DNA from: Eledone cirrhosa
Taxonomy: Eukaryota
Length of the DNA stretch: 64,000 bases
NCBI GenBank assembly: GCA_964016885.1
Contig: OZ024760.1
Location: 26,722,001-26,786,000 of the forward strand
Reading direction: 5' to 3'
The notes under the pieces are model-generated. The model worked only from the letters and a program-made list of their open reading frames with translations. It was not told where the DNA came from and did no database searches. How positions within the stretch are numbered: the first letter of the stretch is position 1; the number at the start of each line of letters is the position of its first letter. Of the stretch, positions 53,148 to 64,000 are shown piece by piece. The position numbers and the translations under genes are program-made.

Positions 53148-54209
53148 GCTCAAGTATTAATGTAAGGGAGATATATAGAGAGATATAGAGAGATATAGAG
53201 AGAGAAAAATTTAAAAATAGCCAGACATATTCGAGGCGTAGAAAACCCTATGTTTTAATGTATTAGTATTTATAAAACTTACACTATATTGTAAATATCA
53301 GTATTCCTGAATGAAACAAGTATTCACAATGCGTGAAAATTCATTATCTTATGTTTAGTTTTTTTAAAAAAATTCATATGTCTATGTGAATCCAACTGAT
53401 TCACTCCGCAAATTCAAAGTTACAGGAAAACATTCTCAATGTGGTATAAAAATTTGAGCGTATTATTATTCTCTACAAGATTATCTATCAATCTATAGAG
53501 AGCAGATTTCAATATACTAATCGAAAATATATATTATATTATAAGCAGAGATAACAATAATAATGATAATAAGTAAAAATATATAAAAATATAAAAATAT
53601 AGAATAGAAAACTAAAAAAGAATATTACGAAAGAATATTACATAATAAAAATATTGCATATTAAAAATACTACGTATTAAAAATATTACGTATTAAAACT
53701 TTACATATAAAAATATTAAAAATAAACTTACATATAAAAATATTAAAAATAAAAATAAAATAAAATAAAAAATAAAAATATAAAAATATTATAGAATACT
53801 ACAATACTAAAAGAATAAAAATAAAAGTAAACCACAAAGAACAACCCTTCAAGGTTAATTGACAATATATTGCCAAGTTCACTACAAGACAAAGCCAAAA
53901 ATTTATCTATCAAATCACATCTAGCAAGGAATATCGCAAAAAAGATTATGATGTCCAATAATGTCTACATATGTTCCTATATTTAATATATAAGTTTATC
54001 AAGTGTAAGGTTAATTCAGAAAATTTGGAGCATCGGCTTTTAGGGTAGCTTAATTTTTCATGAGGAATGTTTAGATAAAAATAAAAATAAAAATAAAAAT
54101 AAATAAAATAAAATAAACAATAAAAAGAGTAAAAAGAGGGAATCAAAGATTTAGGAATCAAAAGATTTATCGGCTAGTTCTCATATAAATATAAATCAAA
54201 CTAAATATA

Positions 54210-56423
54210 CTACATTTTAAATTTAAATTTATATTTAAACGTTGAGTTTAATCTATGTTTGCAACAACTGAATAAATTTGTCCGTAGGTTAAGGGAATTT
54301 TTAGATTTTAGTATAAAGAATATCTCCTCTGCGCAGAGGTCACATGTCTCAGAGGATGAATTAAAAGGAATCCCTCTTGAGACTATATTCCAAGCCGTCG
54401 AATATCTAACGTTATCTAGCTTAAGTTGCCAGAGTACACCTGATAGTGCCGTTGAAGATTTTTTATTTGGATCTGTGAAAGAATTCTTGTGGTTATTATA
54501 GCGAAGTTTAAATTCCGTCGATGTGGAACCGACGTAGTTAAAAGAATTAGAGTCAGTATTAACATTACAATTGTATACTATATTTTTAACTAAGCAGTTG
54601 TTATTTAACGGACATTTAGATCTATCTCTACAGTTACATTTGTTAACTTGTATATTATTTATGCTATTATCAGTAGGTTTTAAGTTCCTATTATTTATTC
54701 TATTAATATTTTGTGCTAAATTTTTGGTGGATGAGTAGGTTAATTTAATTGTATGCCTATTGAAGATTGAGTGGTACCTATGTGTTCTAGGGAAGCGATT
54801 ATCAAGAGCTTTGAAAAATAATTTAGCGATGTGGGTTTTAATGTTTAGTGAGAAAGGGGGGGCAAACCAAATTATGTTCCTAGTTCTATTTCTTTTTTGT
54901 CCTTTGGAATTATTGTAATGCTTTCTATTATAGTTGTTAATGTTGTTGCCATAATTAAAAAAGTTGTTACTTTGTTTAGTTTGTTTATCATTATCTATGT
55001 ACACAATCTTATCAGCATACCCTGCCCTAGCTAGTGCATCATTATAGTATTGGGTCTTTTCGTCAAAAATCTTTCTATTCGACGAGATCCTAGAGATACG
55101 TTTTTGGACTGAGTTTACTATAGTGTTTTTGACAGATCTGGGGTGGTTAGAGTTAAAGTTGACATAGTTTAAGTTTTCATTCAACTTGTGAAAAGGATAG
55201 TGGAGACATGTGTTGAGATTTAATGTTATATCTAGGAAATTGACTATTCTATGGTTGTTCTCAATTTCTATTTTAAGGTTAAAGTAATTAAAAAATTTTG
55301 TAATTTGTTTACATTTTCTATTTAGTTCAGGGTTATTATTATTAATAAGTAAAAGCATGTCATCCCTATATAAACCTCCGGTAGTACCAGGTATTTTCCT
55401 ATGTAGCGAATTGATTAAAAATAAGCCCACAAGGTCAGTTACTTGAGCTGAGTCGGAAGATCCCATAGTTATGTCAAAATTGCTATCTCTATCTGCTCTC
55501 GTCCATAATTTGTCATCAAATTCTATCAAAGTTTTCCTAGCCGATAATATAATATGCATTTCTTTGCTAGTTAGGTCCGTATGTTTGAATGCGTAATTTA
55601 GTGCCTTATTTAGTAGACTAGGGGTAATAGAAGAATAATAGTTAGCTATATCAAGTTGAATAAACCTATTATTATTGTCATATTTAATTTGCCTAAACCA
55701 CTCAACAACCTCTCCAGTTCCCTTCCACAAGCTCAGGTTAGATACATAATCCAAGCTCTTAATTTGCAGTATCACCCTGTCAAGAATGTTTTTGCTCAAT
55801 TTGCCCAGGTCCGATTTTGAAGGTGCGATCAATCTAACTGGCAGGTCAATCTCAAAATTCCTCTTGTGGTCCTTCATATTGATCTTCGGTTTCCTGGGCA
55901 CGAAAGGTTGTGTTCTGTTCTCAATTTCCAACTCATGCATTATACAAGATGCTTCAACATTCATTTTCTCAAGTTCGGTCTTATCTGCTACCTTGTATTT
56001 TTTCCTCAGCTCTTTCAGTATGAGGCCATTATACATGTCTTTCTGCACTCCATAGAGGTTGTTGGTCTTGTCAGATTTCACCAAGATCTTCCCAGTTTTC
56101 TCTAAGCTCTCAATGTTATCCTTAATGCCTTTCAGATATTCCTGGCCTTTAAAGTTTCTCTTGAATTTGACCCCTTGTATGATAGAAATTATATCGTTTT
56201 CAAAGTCAGATAAAAGTTTGTTAGGGGGTGGATTTCTTTTAGATTTGAAAACTTTGTTTAAGTTCGAGATATTTTCGTCTGCATTAAATTTATCAAAGTG
56301 GAATGCACGCCACCTGATTCTCCTTATAAAAGAGTCAGATTTATCTATTAGTTGTTTTACAAAGTCTTTGTTTCTAGGTAGAGGTATGTCTTTTAGAGAG
56401 GAAGTAATCTTAAAGAATTCCAT
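54210..56423 (-). CDS. PLE polyprotein: reverse transcriptase plus C-terminal GIY-YIG endonuclease (737 aa)
   Basis: KSDKT, PVRLI, LDIANYYSSI, DITMGSSDS, LYRDD, VNFLDITL, SNHP. Linker CNCRDRSKC (CxCx5C). IVY...YVGST...FKLRYNNH, and C-terminal CDLCAEE. Confidence 0.95.
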   Translation of the reverse strand: MEFFKITSSLKDIPLPRNKDFVKQLIDKSDSFIRRIRWRAFHFDKFNADENISNLNKVFKSKRNPPPNKLLSDFENDIISIIQGVKFKRNFKGQEYLKGIKDNIESLEKTGKILVKSDKTNNLYGVQKDMYNGLILKELRKKYKVADKTELEKMNVEASCIMHELEIENRTQPFVPRKPKINMKDHKRNFEIDLPVRLIAPSKSDLGKLSKNILDRVILQIKSLDYVSNLSLWKGTGEVVEWFRQIKYDNNNRFIQLDIANYYSSITPSLLNKALNYAFKHTDLTSKEMHIILSARKTLIEFDDKLWTRADRDSNFDITMGSSDSAQVTDLVGLFLINSLHRKIPGTTGGLYRDDMLLLINNNNPELNRKCKQITKFFNYFNLKIEIENNHRIVNFLDITLNLNTCLHYPFHKLNENLNYVNFNSNHPRSVKNTIVNSVQKRISRISSNRKIFDEKTQYYNDALARAGYADKIVYIDNDKQTKQSNNFFNYGNNINNYNRKHYNNSKGQKRNRTRNIIWFAPPFSLNIKTHIAKLFFKALDNRFPRTHRYHSIFNRHTIKLTYSSTKNLAQNINRINNRNLKPTDNSINNIQVNKCNCRDRSKCPLNNNCLVKNIVYNCNVNTDSNSFNYVGSTSTEFKLRYNNHKNSFTDPNKKSSTALSGVLWQLKLDNVRYSTAWNIVSRGIPFNSSSETCDLCAEEIFFILKSKNSLNLRTNLFSCCKHRLNSTFKYKFKFKM

Positions 56424-56602
56424 TTTTCAGTTATAATATAAAGCGCTCAACAGTATTGGAGCAAGATACATGTAAAGTTATATTTAAAATTGTTGGGTTA
56501 CAACTAGTAAATATTTATAACTGATATAAAAGCACTCGACAAATACTTGGAGTATATTTACAATATTAAATAAATGGAAAACTATATTTATAAAACCATA
56601 TT

Positions 56603-56668
56603 TATTTCATTATATATATTTCGGGGATATCATATTAACAATATGCTATGCCTTCATCAGACAAAATA
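56603..56668 (-). ncRNA. Hammerhead ribozyme in the 5' terminal repeat
   Basis: Identical to 52682-52747. Confidence 0.75.
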
Positions 56669-56696
56669 CAATATAAACAGTTTTATATATTTATAT

Positions 56697-56743
56697 ATAT
56701 TTACTTATTGTTCCACAATGCTTCAAGTAAACTTCAATACTCT

Positions 56744-56787
<44 letters not shown>

Positions 56788-57217
56788 AGAGTATTGAAGT
56801 TTACTTGAAGCATTGTGGAACAATAAGTAAATATCTTTAAGTCGTTTGGAAGCCTCGACAATGCAAATGGGTAAATCTCCGGGTAACAAGGTCCGGTGGT
56901 GGAGAGAGAGATGTAAGTGAGTGTACGTTGAGATGCGTGGTGTGTATAAGATGTGTGAGATGTGTAGAATGAAGGGAAGAGTATAAAGGATAAAAATAAA
57001 AATAACAACACAAGAGAGAGTTACCTTGGGAGAGATTTAATAGTCCCTGGGACTATTAAATCTCTCCCAAGGTAACTCTACACATCTCACACATCTCATA
57101 CACGCCACGCATCTCAACGTACACCCACTTACATCTCTCTCTCCACCACCGGACCTTGTTACCCGGAGATTTACCCATTTGCATTGTCGAGGCTTCCAAA
57201 CGACTTAAAGATATTTA
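56697..57217. mobile_element. Fold-back element family J plus detached tail copy
   Basis: 56826-57048 is inverted against 57049-57217 (centre tccctggga). 56697-56746 is the reverse complement of 56783-56832. No HHR core found. Confidence 0.7.
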
Positions 57218-57240
57218 TATATATATATATATATATATAT

Positions 57241-57400
57241 AACGAAGGAGGTGTGGTAAAGAACCAGATGGACCATAACGCACCAGAGTACTCAATACTT
57301 AGGTTAGTAGAGTGGGTAATAGGAAAATGTTTAACCACGATGGCAGAGTTCAAGCCGTTTCGATGGCTTGAGCTCTGCCGTCGGGGTTAAACATTTTCCT
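57241..57400. mobile_element. Fold-back element family A
   Basis: Same arms and end points as 10550-10741. Confidence 0.75.
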
Positions 57401-57578
57401 ATCTATATGTGTGTGTGTGTGTGTTAAAATAACAGATTAAAGTTTAAGCAAAGAATCAATGGGTTAACGGGATCTTCCTTTGCTCTATGGTTTTTATATA
57501 TTTATATATATATATATATATATATAATCCTTATCGAACCCTCTTCGGATCTTACTTAGTCTTCACATTTATTATTAT

Positions 57579-57621
<43 letters not shown>

Positions 57622-57764
57622 GTAATGAAAACAAAGGGAAAATTCTCCAAAGTGGGGGACTTCCGAGGTTAGGTTTGCCTTTCATCCTTACGGGTTCGAT
57701 AAAATAAAGTACCAGTAATGCACTGGGGTTGATTTAATCGACTTCCCCCTCCCTTCGTTGAAAG

Positions 57765-58223
57765 ACGCTAACATCTCGCGTATTAAATGGAGAAAGACTG
57801 TGGAAGAATGAGGGGAAAGCTGCCTTTGAGGCATCTCGAATCGCACACGAGAAAGTAAAGTGGGACGTGAGGAAGGGCATTGCTGTTGCACTTCCAGGCG
57901 GCGAGGGTCCTCCTATGGCGCTGACATGCAACGTCTGTGCGAGACTCTGCCTCAGCAAAGCTGGACTCGAAAGTCATCTTCGCAGTCATAAAGTAAGACC
58001 AGTGGTTGACTACCAGGCTACTGATAGAGATGCTACTCATCATGCTTGCCAAGCATGTGGTAGAGAATGTAAATCAGTAGGAGGGCTGAAACGACATGCA
58101 AAAGTACATGAAGTCCAACCACAGCGGGCTATTCCCAGTGAATGTTTTGGTTGCCAAATCTGTGCAAGACATTTTAGATCATTGGCTGGACTAAAAAGCC
58201 ACATTCGATCGCAACATCATTAA
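57765..58223 (+). pseudogene. RTE LINE 3' fragment with three C2H2 zinc fingers
   Basis: Homologous to 2400-2768 (RIAHEKVKWDVRK vs RIEHEKIKQDVRK). Fingers CNVC..H..H, CQAC..H...H and CQIC..H....H. Confidence 0.8.
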
Positions 58224-58701
58224 TCATTAATATATGTATATATAAGGGCGGTGAATTGGCAGTATCGGTAGGGAGTCGGGCGCCTTGCTTTCCAGCATAG
58301 TTACGTCCCTTTACGGTCTGAGTTCATATCCCGTCGAGGTTAACTTTGCCTTTCATCCTTACGGGGTCGATAAAATAAAGTACCAGTAATGTACTGGATA
58401 ATTGCTGGCCTTGTGCCTAAAGTAGAAACAATTAATATATGTATATATATATAAATATAAATTATCGAGAATCGTATTTCGGCCTATGAAATAACGAAAA
58501 ACAACCTCCGAGATGTGTAGCAAATGCTCATTGGTTCGGATGAACCAGAGCTACAACATACGTTAAAGGCCAAACACACTGAGACGATGGTTAAAACAAT
58601 CATCCGCACAGCCAAAAAAAAAACGATCAAGTAATTCGGGTCAAACAAATAAAAATATATGTGATATATATATATATATATGATATATATAAATATATGT
58701 G

Positions 58702-58735
<34 letters not shown>

Positions 58736-59740
58736 ATATATATATCATTGTTTTTTTATTGTGCAATGACCATACAAGATAACGAGGGGGCAGCCATCAT
58801 GCATGCATGTATGTATGTATATATGTATGCGTATAAATGTTTATGTAAATGTATATGTATATGTAAGTGTATATGTGTATATATATGTGTGGATATTATG
58901 TATGTATATATATATGTGTGTATATGTATGTATGTATGTATATATATATGACTGTGTGTGTATGTATGTATATATATATGACTGTGTGTGTATGTATGTA
59001 TGTATGTATGTATATATATATGACTGTGTGTGTATATATGTGTATATATATGTGTGTGTGTATATATGTGTATGTATATATATATATGTGTATGTAGATA
59101 TATATGTATGTATATATATGTCAGATCACCAGTTGGTGCTACTGGTAACATGTATCCCAGTACAACCTGTCCCATGGTCGGGTCGTTGGCGACTAAACTG
59201 GCAACCCTATCAAAGTTTCTTGGTGAGGAGGGTGACTTAGGACATCCTGCAGGACTAAAAACAAAACCTGTCAAAGGGCAAAGAAGCTCTTAGTGTCAAT
59301 GGCCATCCAAAATCACCAGGAGAGATGACCTCTTAGCCTTTGTCAAGGCAGAATTCTAGGAGAAGGAAAACTCTGATATAACACCTGCAACTCTGATGGT
59401 ATCCTATGATGTTGACTTGTTCTTCTTTTTGGTAAATATCATCTTGGTTAAGAGAGTGGGACTGGCTTTGAGCAGTGCCTTTGCTCACTATAAAAGCTTC
59501 ACGGCACAGGCATTGCTTTATATCTGGAGATCTCTCTGCACTTGTCGTCACATGGTACCATGGGCCCAGCATTATGTGTCAATAATTGTCACAAGTGTAG
59601 TGTTTGTACCAGAGTTTTCAAGTCGCTGGCTGGACTAAAAAGTCACACTCGTTCAGCGCATCGGTAGGGGTTCTCCTACACGGATATAAAGTAGTGGCCG
59701 TACTCGAAAACGAGTTAGCAGCCACCATATATATATATAT

Positions 59741-59920
59741 AGGAAAATGTATGACCCCGTCAGCAGAGCTCAAGCCGTTTCGACGGCTATTTCTGGAGTC
59801 TAGAAATACCCGTCGAAACGGCTTGAATTCTGCCGTCAGGGTCATACATTTTCCTATTACCCACTCTACTAACCTAAGTATTGAGTACTCTGGTGTGTTA
59901 TGGTCCATCTGGTTCCTATT
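59741..59920. mobile_element. Fold-back element family A
   Basis: Palindrome aggaaaatgtatgacccc...gggtcatacattttcct plus a truncated tail. Confidence 0.75.
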
Positions 59921-60479
59921 TCTCCAGTCTCGTTCCTTAAGACCTGTAATAATATAGAGTGGTAGGGGGGGGGGGGGGGGGTGAGAGGAAACGTAATCGT
60001 CTGACATCACATGGAAATCCCTTCAAATATGTCTGCCAAGGAGCATGTCCATACGATAATATTTTCTACATACTATACAACGTTTGCAAAGCAACCAATC
60101 TTCACGACCTGTGTACAAACATCACCTCTTGTAGCTGTTATTAGAAACTTTAGACTGCGTCCATTTTGAAAAATGGACACCCGCTTCTTCTTTTTTTTTA
60201 TGTGTGTGAATGGGGAATTACTAAGGGCGGGGGACTGAGTGTACTTGAGAATGATACTTGCTCAATAGACGGCAATCAGACGAAAGCTTTAATGTAGCAT
60301 TTCTGCTCTTGAACTCTACCTTAAAAATATCTTATGTTTGAGCAAGACTGACTGCAAACACCAACAAAAACGACAGCAGCTTTGGTACACAATGGAAAGC
60401 TGGGAGTTATCATAATATTGACCATTTTCACTTGGACAGTGAACAAAAGAAGCGATCTAAAGGTGATTGATATAATATG

Positions 60480-60527
<48 letters not shown>

Positions 60528-61231
60528 TATGTATATATACGAATGTATGTGTATATATATATATATATATATATGAATGTATGTATGTATGTATGAATGT
60601 ATGTGTGTATGTATATGTTTTAATGGAAGTATGTATATATATATATATATGTATGTATGTATGTATATATGTATGTATGTATATATGTATGAATGCAAGT
60701 ATGTATATATGAATGTATGCAAGTATGTATATATGTATGTATGCAAGTATGTATATATGTATGTATGTATGTATATATATATAAATGTATGTATGTATAT
60801 ATATATATATATAAATGTATGTATGTATGTATATATATATATATAAATGTATGTATGTATGTATGTATATATATATATATATATAAATGTATGTATGTAT
60901 GTATATATATATATAAATGTATGTATGTATATATATATATAAATGTATGTATGTATATATATATATAAATGTATGTATGTATGTATGTATGTATGTATAT
61001 ATATATAAATGTATGTATGTATGTATATATATATATAAATGTATGTATGTATGTATATAAATGTATGTATGTATGTATGTATGTATGTATATATATATAT
61101 ATATAAATGTATGTATGTATACATATCTATAAATGTATGTAGGTATGTATGTATATATATCTATGAATGTATGTATATATATATGAATGTATATATATAT
61201 ATATATGAATGCATGTATGTTTGTTTTTAGA

Positions 61232-61292
<61 letters not shown>

Positions 61293-61348
61293 GTATACAT
61301 ACATATATATATATGCATGTATGTTTGTATACATACATATATACATAC

Positions 61349-61404
<56 letters not shown>

Positions 61405-61774
61405 GTACATGCAATTATATACATATGTACAAACACACACAGTTGGCCGAGAGACAATGACATTACACACCAGCGCCGTCTCCCCCCCCCCACCACCACC
61501 ACCACCACCCCACCCCACCACCACCACCACCACTTCAGTCGTTATCTTTCATATTATATGATTCTCTCAGATATTTCCTCTGTGACAATCGACCAAACTT
61601 TGGTAAGTGGGGGGAGGGGGAGCGGATGAAGGGGGAGCATTCGGAGGAGGGGCAGAACGTTTGGGGGGGAGTTTCAGAACGTGGGGGGGGGGGGGGCACG
61701 CGGGGGATATATCTTACATTACATATCATTTCTCTTTTTTTTTTATTATTTCTATTTTATTTCATATACATATA

Positions 61775-61827
<53 letters not shown>

Positions 61828-61850
61828 GTACATACACATATATGTATACA

Positions 61851-61901
<51 letters not shown>

Positions 61902-61956
61902 CCACATACACACATATATATATGTGTATGTATATATAAATATATATGTATGTATG

Positions 61957-61990
<34 letters not shown>

Positions 61991-62132
61991 ATACATACAC
62001 ACATATATATATATGTGTATGTATATATAAATATATATATATATATATACATATGCACACTCACACATATATATGTGTGTGTATATGTATGTATATATAT
62101 ATAGGTGCATGTATTATATATATAAATATATT

Positions 62133-62184
<52 letters not shown>

Positions 62185-62581
62185 CATGTATTATATATAT
62201 ATATATATATTTATATATACATATATATATATATATTTATATATATATATATATATGTGTGTGCATGTATTATATATATATATTTATATATACATATATA
62301 TATATATATTTATATATATATATATATATCCTCCACCTTTTTCTATCTTTGTGTTTGGGCAACTAGAACGTTATACAAACCCCTACAAAACACACAACAC
62401 GCACAAACTAAAAACATCTTTTTTCCGAATGACATGGAAAATCCTCTCAATCAAGATGGTCTTCTGTAAACAGTACCACCACAAGAACCTCTCCGCTGTC
62501 CAAAGATTACAAAAATGTTATGGCTTATTGGTTGTGGGAGATTCTTATGAACTAATCTGGCAGCTAATCTCTTCAAGTAGC

Positions 62582-63900
62582 TGTGGTGGTGGTAGTGGTA
62601 GTAATGGTGGTGGTGGTGGTTGTAGTGGTGGTGATAGTGGTGGTAGTAGTGGTGGCCGTGGTGGTGGTTGTAGTGGTGGTTGTGGCGGTAGTGGTGGTAG
62701 TAGTGGTGGCAATGGTAATAATGGTGGTAGTGGTAGTAATGGTGGTGGTGGTTGTAGTGGTGGTAGTGGTGGTTGTGGTGGTAGTGGTGGTGGCAGTGGT
62801 AGTAATGGTTGTGGTAGTGGTGGTTGTGGTGGTGGTGGAGGTAGCTGTGGTAGTGGTAGTAGTAGTGGTAATGGTGGTGGTGGAGGTAGCTGTGGTAGTG
62901 GTGGTATTAGTGGTGGCAGTGGTAGTAATGGTTGTAGTGGTGGTTGTGGTGGTTATAGTGGTGGTGGAGGTAGCTGTGGTAGTGGTAGTAGTGGTGGTAA
63001 TGGTGGTGGTAGTTGTAGTGGTGGTTGTGGTGGTAGTAATGGTTGTAGTCGTGGTAGTGGTGGTGGTGGTAGTGGTGGTTGTGGTGGTTGTGGTGGTGGT
63101 AGTAACGGTGGTGGTGGTGGTGGTAGTGGTGGTAGTAGTGGTGGCAGTGGTAGTAATGGTTGTAGTGGTGGTTGTGGTGGTGGTGGAGGTAGCTGTGGTA
63201 GTGGTAGTAGTGGTGGTAGTGGTAGTAGTGGTGGTGATTGTGGTGGTATTGGTGGTAGTAGTGGTGGCAGTGGTAGTAATGGTTGTAGTGGTGGTAGTGG
63301 TGGTTGTGGTGGTGGTAGCTGTGGTTGTGGTAGTAGTTGTGGTAGTGGTAGTAGTGGTAGTGGTAGTAGTGGTAGTGGTGGTGGTAGCGGTAGTGGTGAT
63401 TGTGGTGGTAGTGGTGATTGTGGTGGTGGTGGTGGTGGTAGGGGTGATTGTGGGGGTGGTGGTGGTGGTAACTGTGGTAGTGGTAGTAGTGGTGGTGGTG
63501 GTAGTGGTAGTAGTGGTGGTGGTGGTAGTGGTGATTGTAGTGGTAGTGGTAGTAGTGGTATTTGTGGTGATTTTTGTGATGTGATAGTGATGATGTTGGT
63601 AGTGGTGGTGGCTGTATTGATAGTGGTAATGGTGGTGGTGTGGTGGTGGTGGTGATGCTGGTAATGGTAGTAGTTCTGGTCATGGTGCTGATGGTGTGGT
63701 GTTAGTTGTTGTCATGATGCTGATAATGGTGTGGTGATGGTGTGGTGTGGATGATGGTAATTGTAGTGGTTCTAGTCATAGTGGTGATGGAGTGGTGTTG
63801 GTTTGTCATGATGTTGGTAAGGGTGTGGTGGTGGTGGTAGTGTGGTAGTTATCGTGGTGATGATGGTAGTGGTGTGGTAATTCTGATGCTGATGGTGGGG
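62582..63900. repeat. (GGT/AGT/TGT)n low-complexity tract
   Basis: Nearly every triplet is NGT. Confidence 0.9.
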
Positions 63901-63920
63901 AACAGGAGAAAGAGAAAGGG

Positions 63921-63956
<36 letters not shown>

Positions 63957-64000
63957 AAGAGAGGGGGAAAGATAAAAAAGGAACTATGAGAGAGAGAGAG

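Larger units (their letters stand above)
52640..56687 (-). mobile_element. Full-length Penelope-like retroelement, probably Hydra clade
   Basis: Intact RT-GIY-YIG ORF. 127-bp direct repeats at 52640-52766 and 56561-56687 are identical by eye and 3921 bp apart. TA sequence at both ends. ~1.4-kb AT-rich 3' UTR. Confidence 0.92.

Noticed and set aside
54259-56436. Plus-strand ORFs overlapping the PLE CDS
   Set aside because: Antisense shadows of the real ORF with no recognisable motifs.
57867-58223. Host C2H2 transcription factor gene
   Set aside because: Homologous to the RTE LINE C-terminus at 2400-2768, lacks TGEKP linkers, and is 5'-truncated against a SINE.
62174-63655. 493-aa Gly/Ser/Cys ORF resembling loricrin or a cuticle protein
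   Set aside because: Codons are almost all NGT, the ORF starts inside a TA microsatellite, and parallel poly-Val and poly-His frames are also open.

Overview
Extremely repeat-rich, AT-rich animal genomic DNA. The SINE families and the microsatellite density suggest an octopus (inference, not checked). I find no convincing host protein-coding gene, and nearly all entries in the ORF track are translated microsatellites. The only intact long ORF is a 737-aa RT plus C-terminal GIY-YIG protein (54210-56423, minus strand). It belongs to a full-length Penelope-like element (PLE, 52640-56687) with identical 127-bp direct terminal repeats, each carrying a minimal hammerhead ribozyme (HHR), inserted in (TA)n. 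The main hidden structure is that most short 'unique' islands between (TA)n tracts are fold-back (inverted-repeat) insertions from more than 12 different sequence families. Most carry a hand-foldable minimal type I HHR or its 3' half. Within a family, independent copies repeatedly end at the same two nucleotide positions (a long arm and a short arm). One ~432-nt non-coding HHR unit with terminal redundancy looks like a retrozyme-type minicircle. The window also has decayed RTE and R4/Dong LINEs (RTEs with multi-C2H2 tails, two with internal inversions), an Hsmar2-like mariner, two non-autonomous Helitrons, MITEs, tRNA-derived SINEs, a 5S rRNA copy abutting a SINE, and at least five minisatellites grown inside transposons. 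All folds and alignments were done by eye, and many boundaries are approximate.
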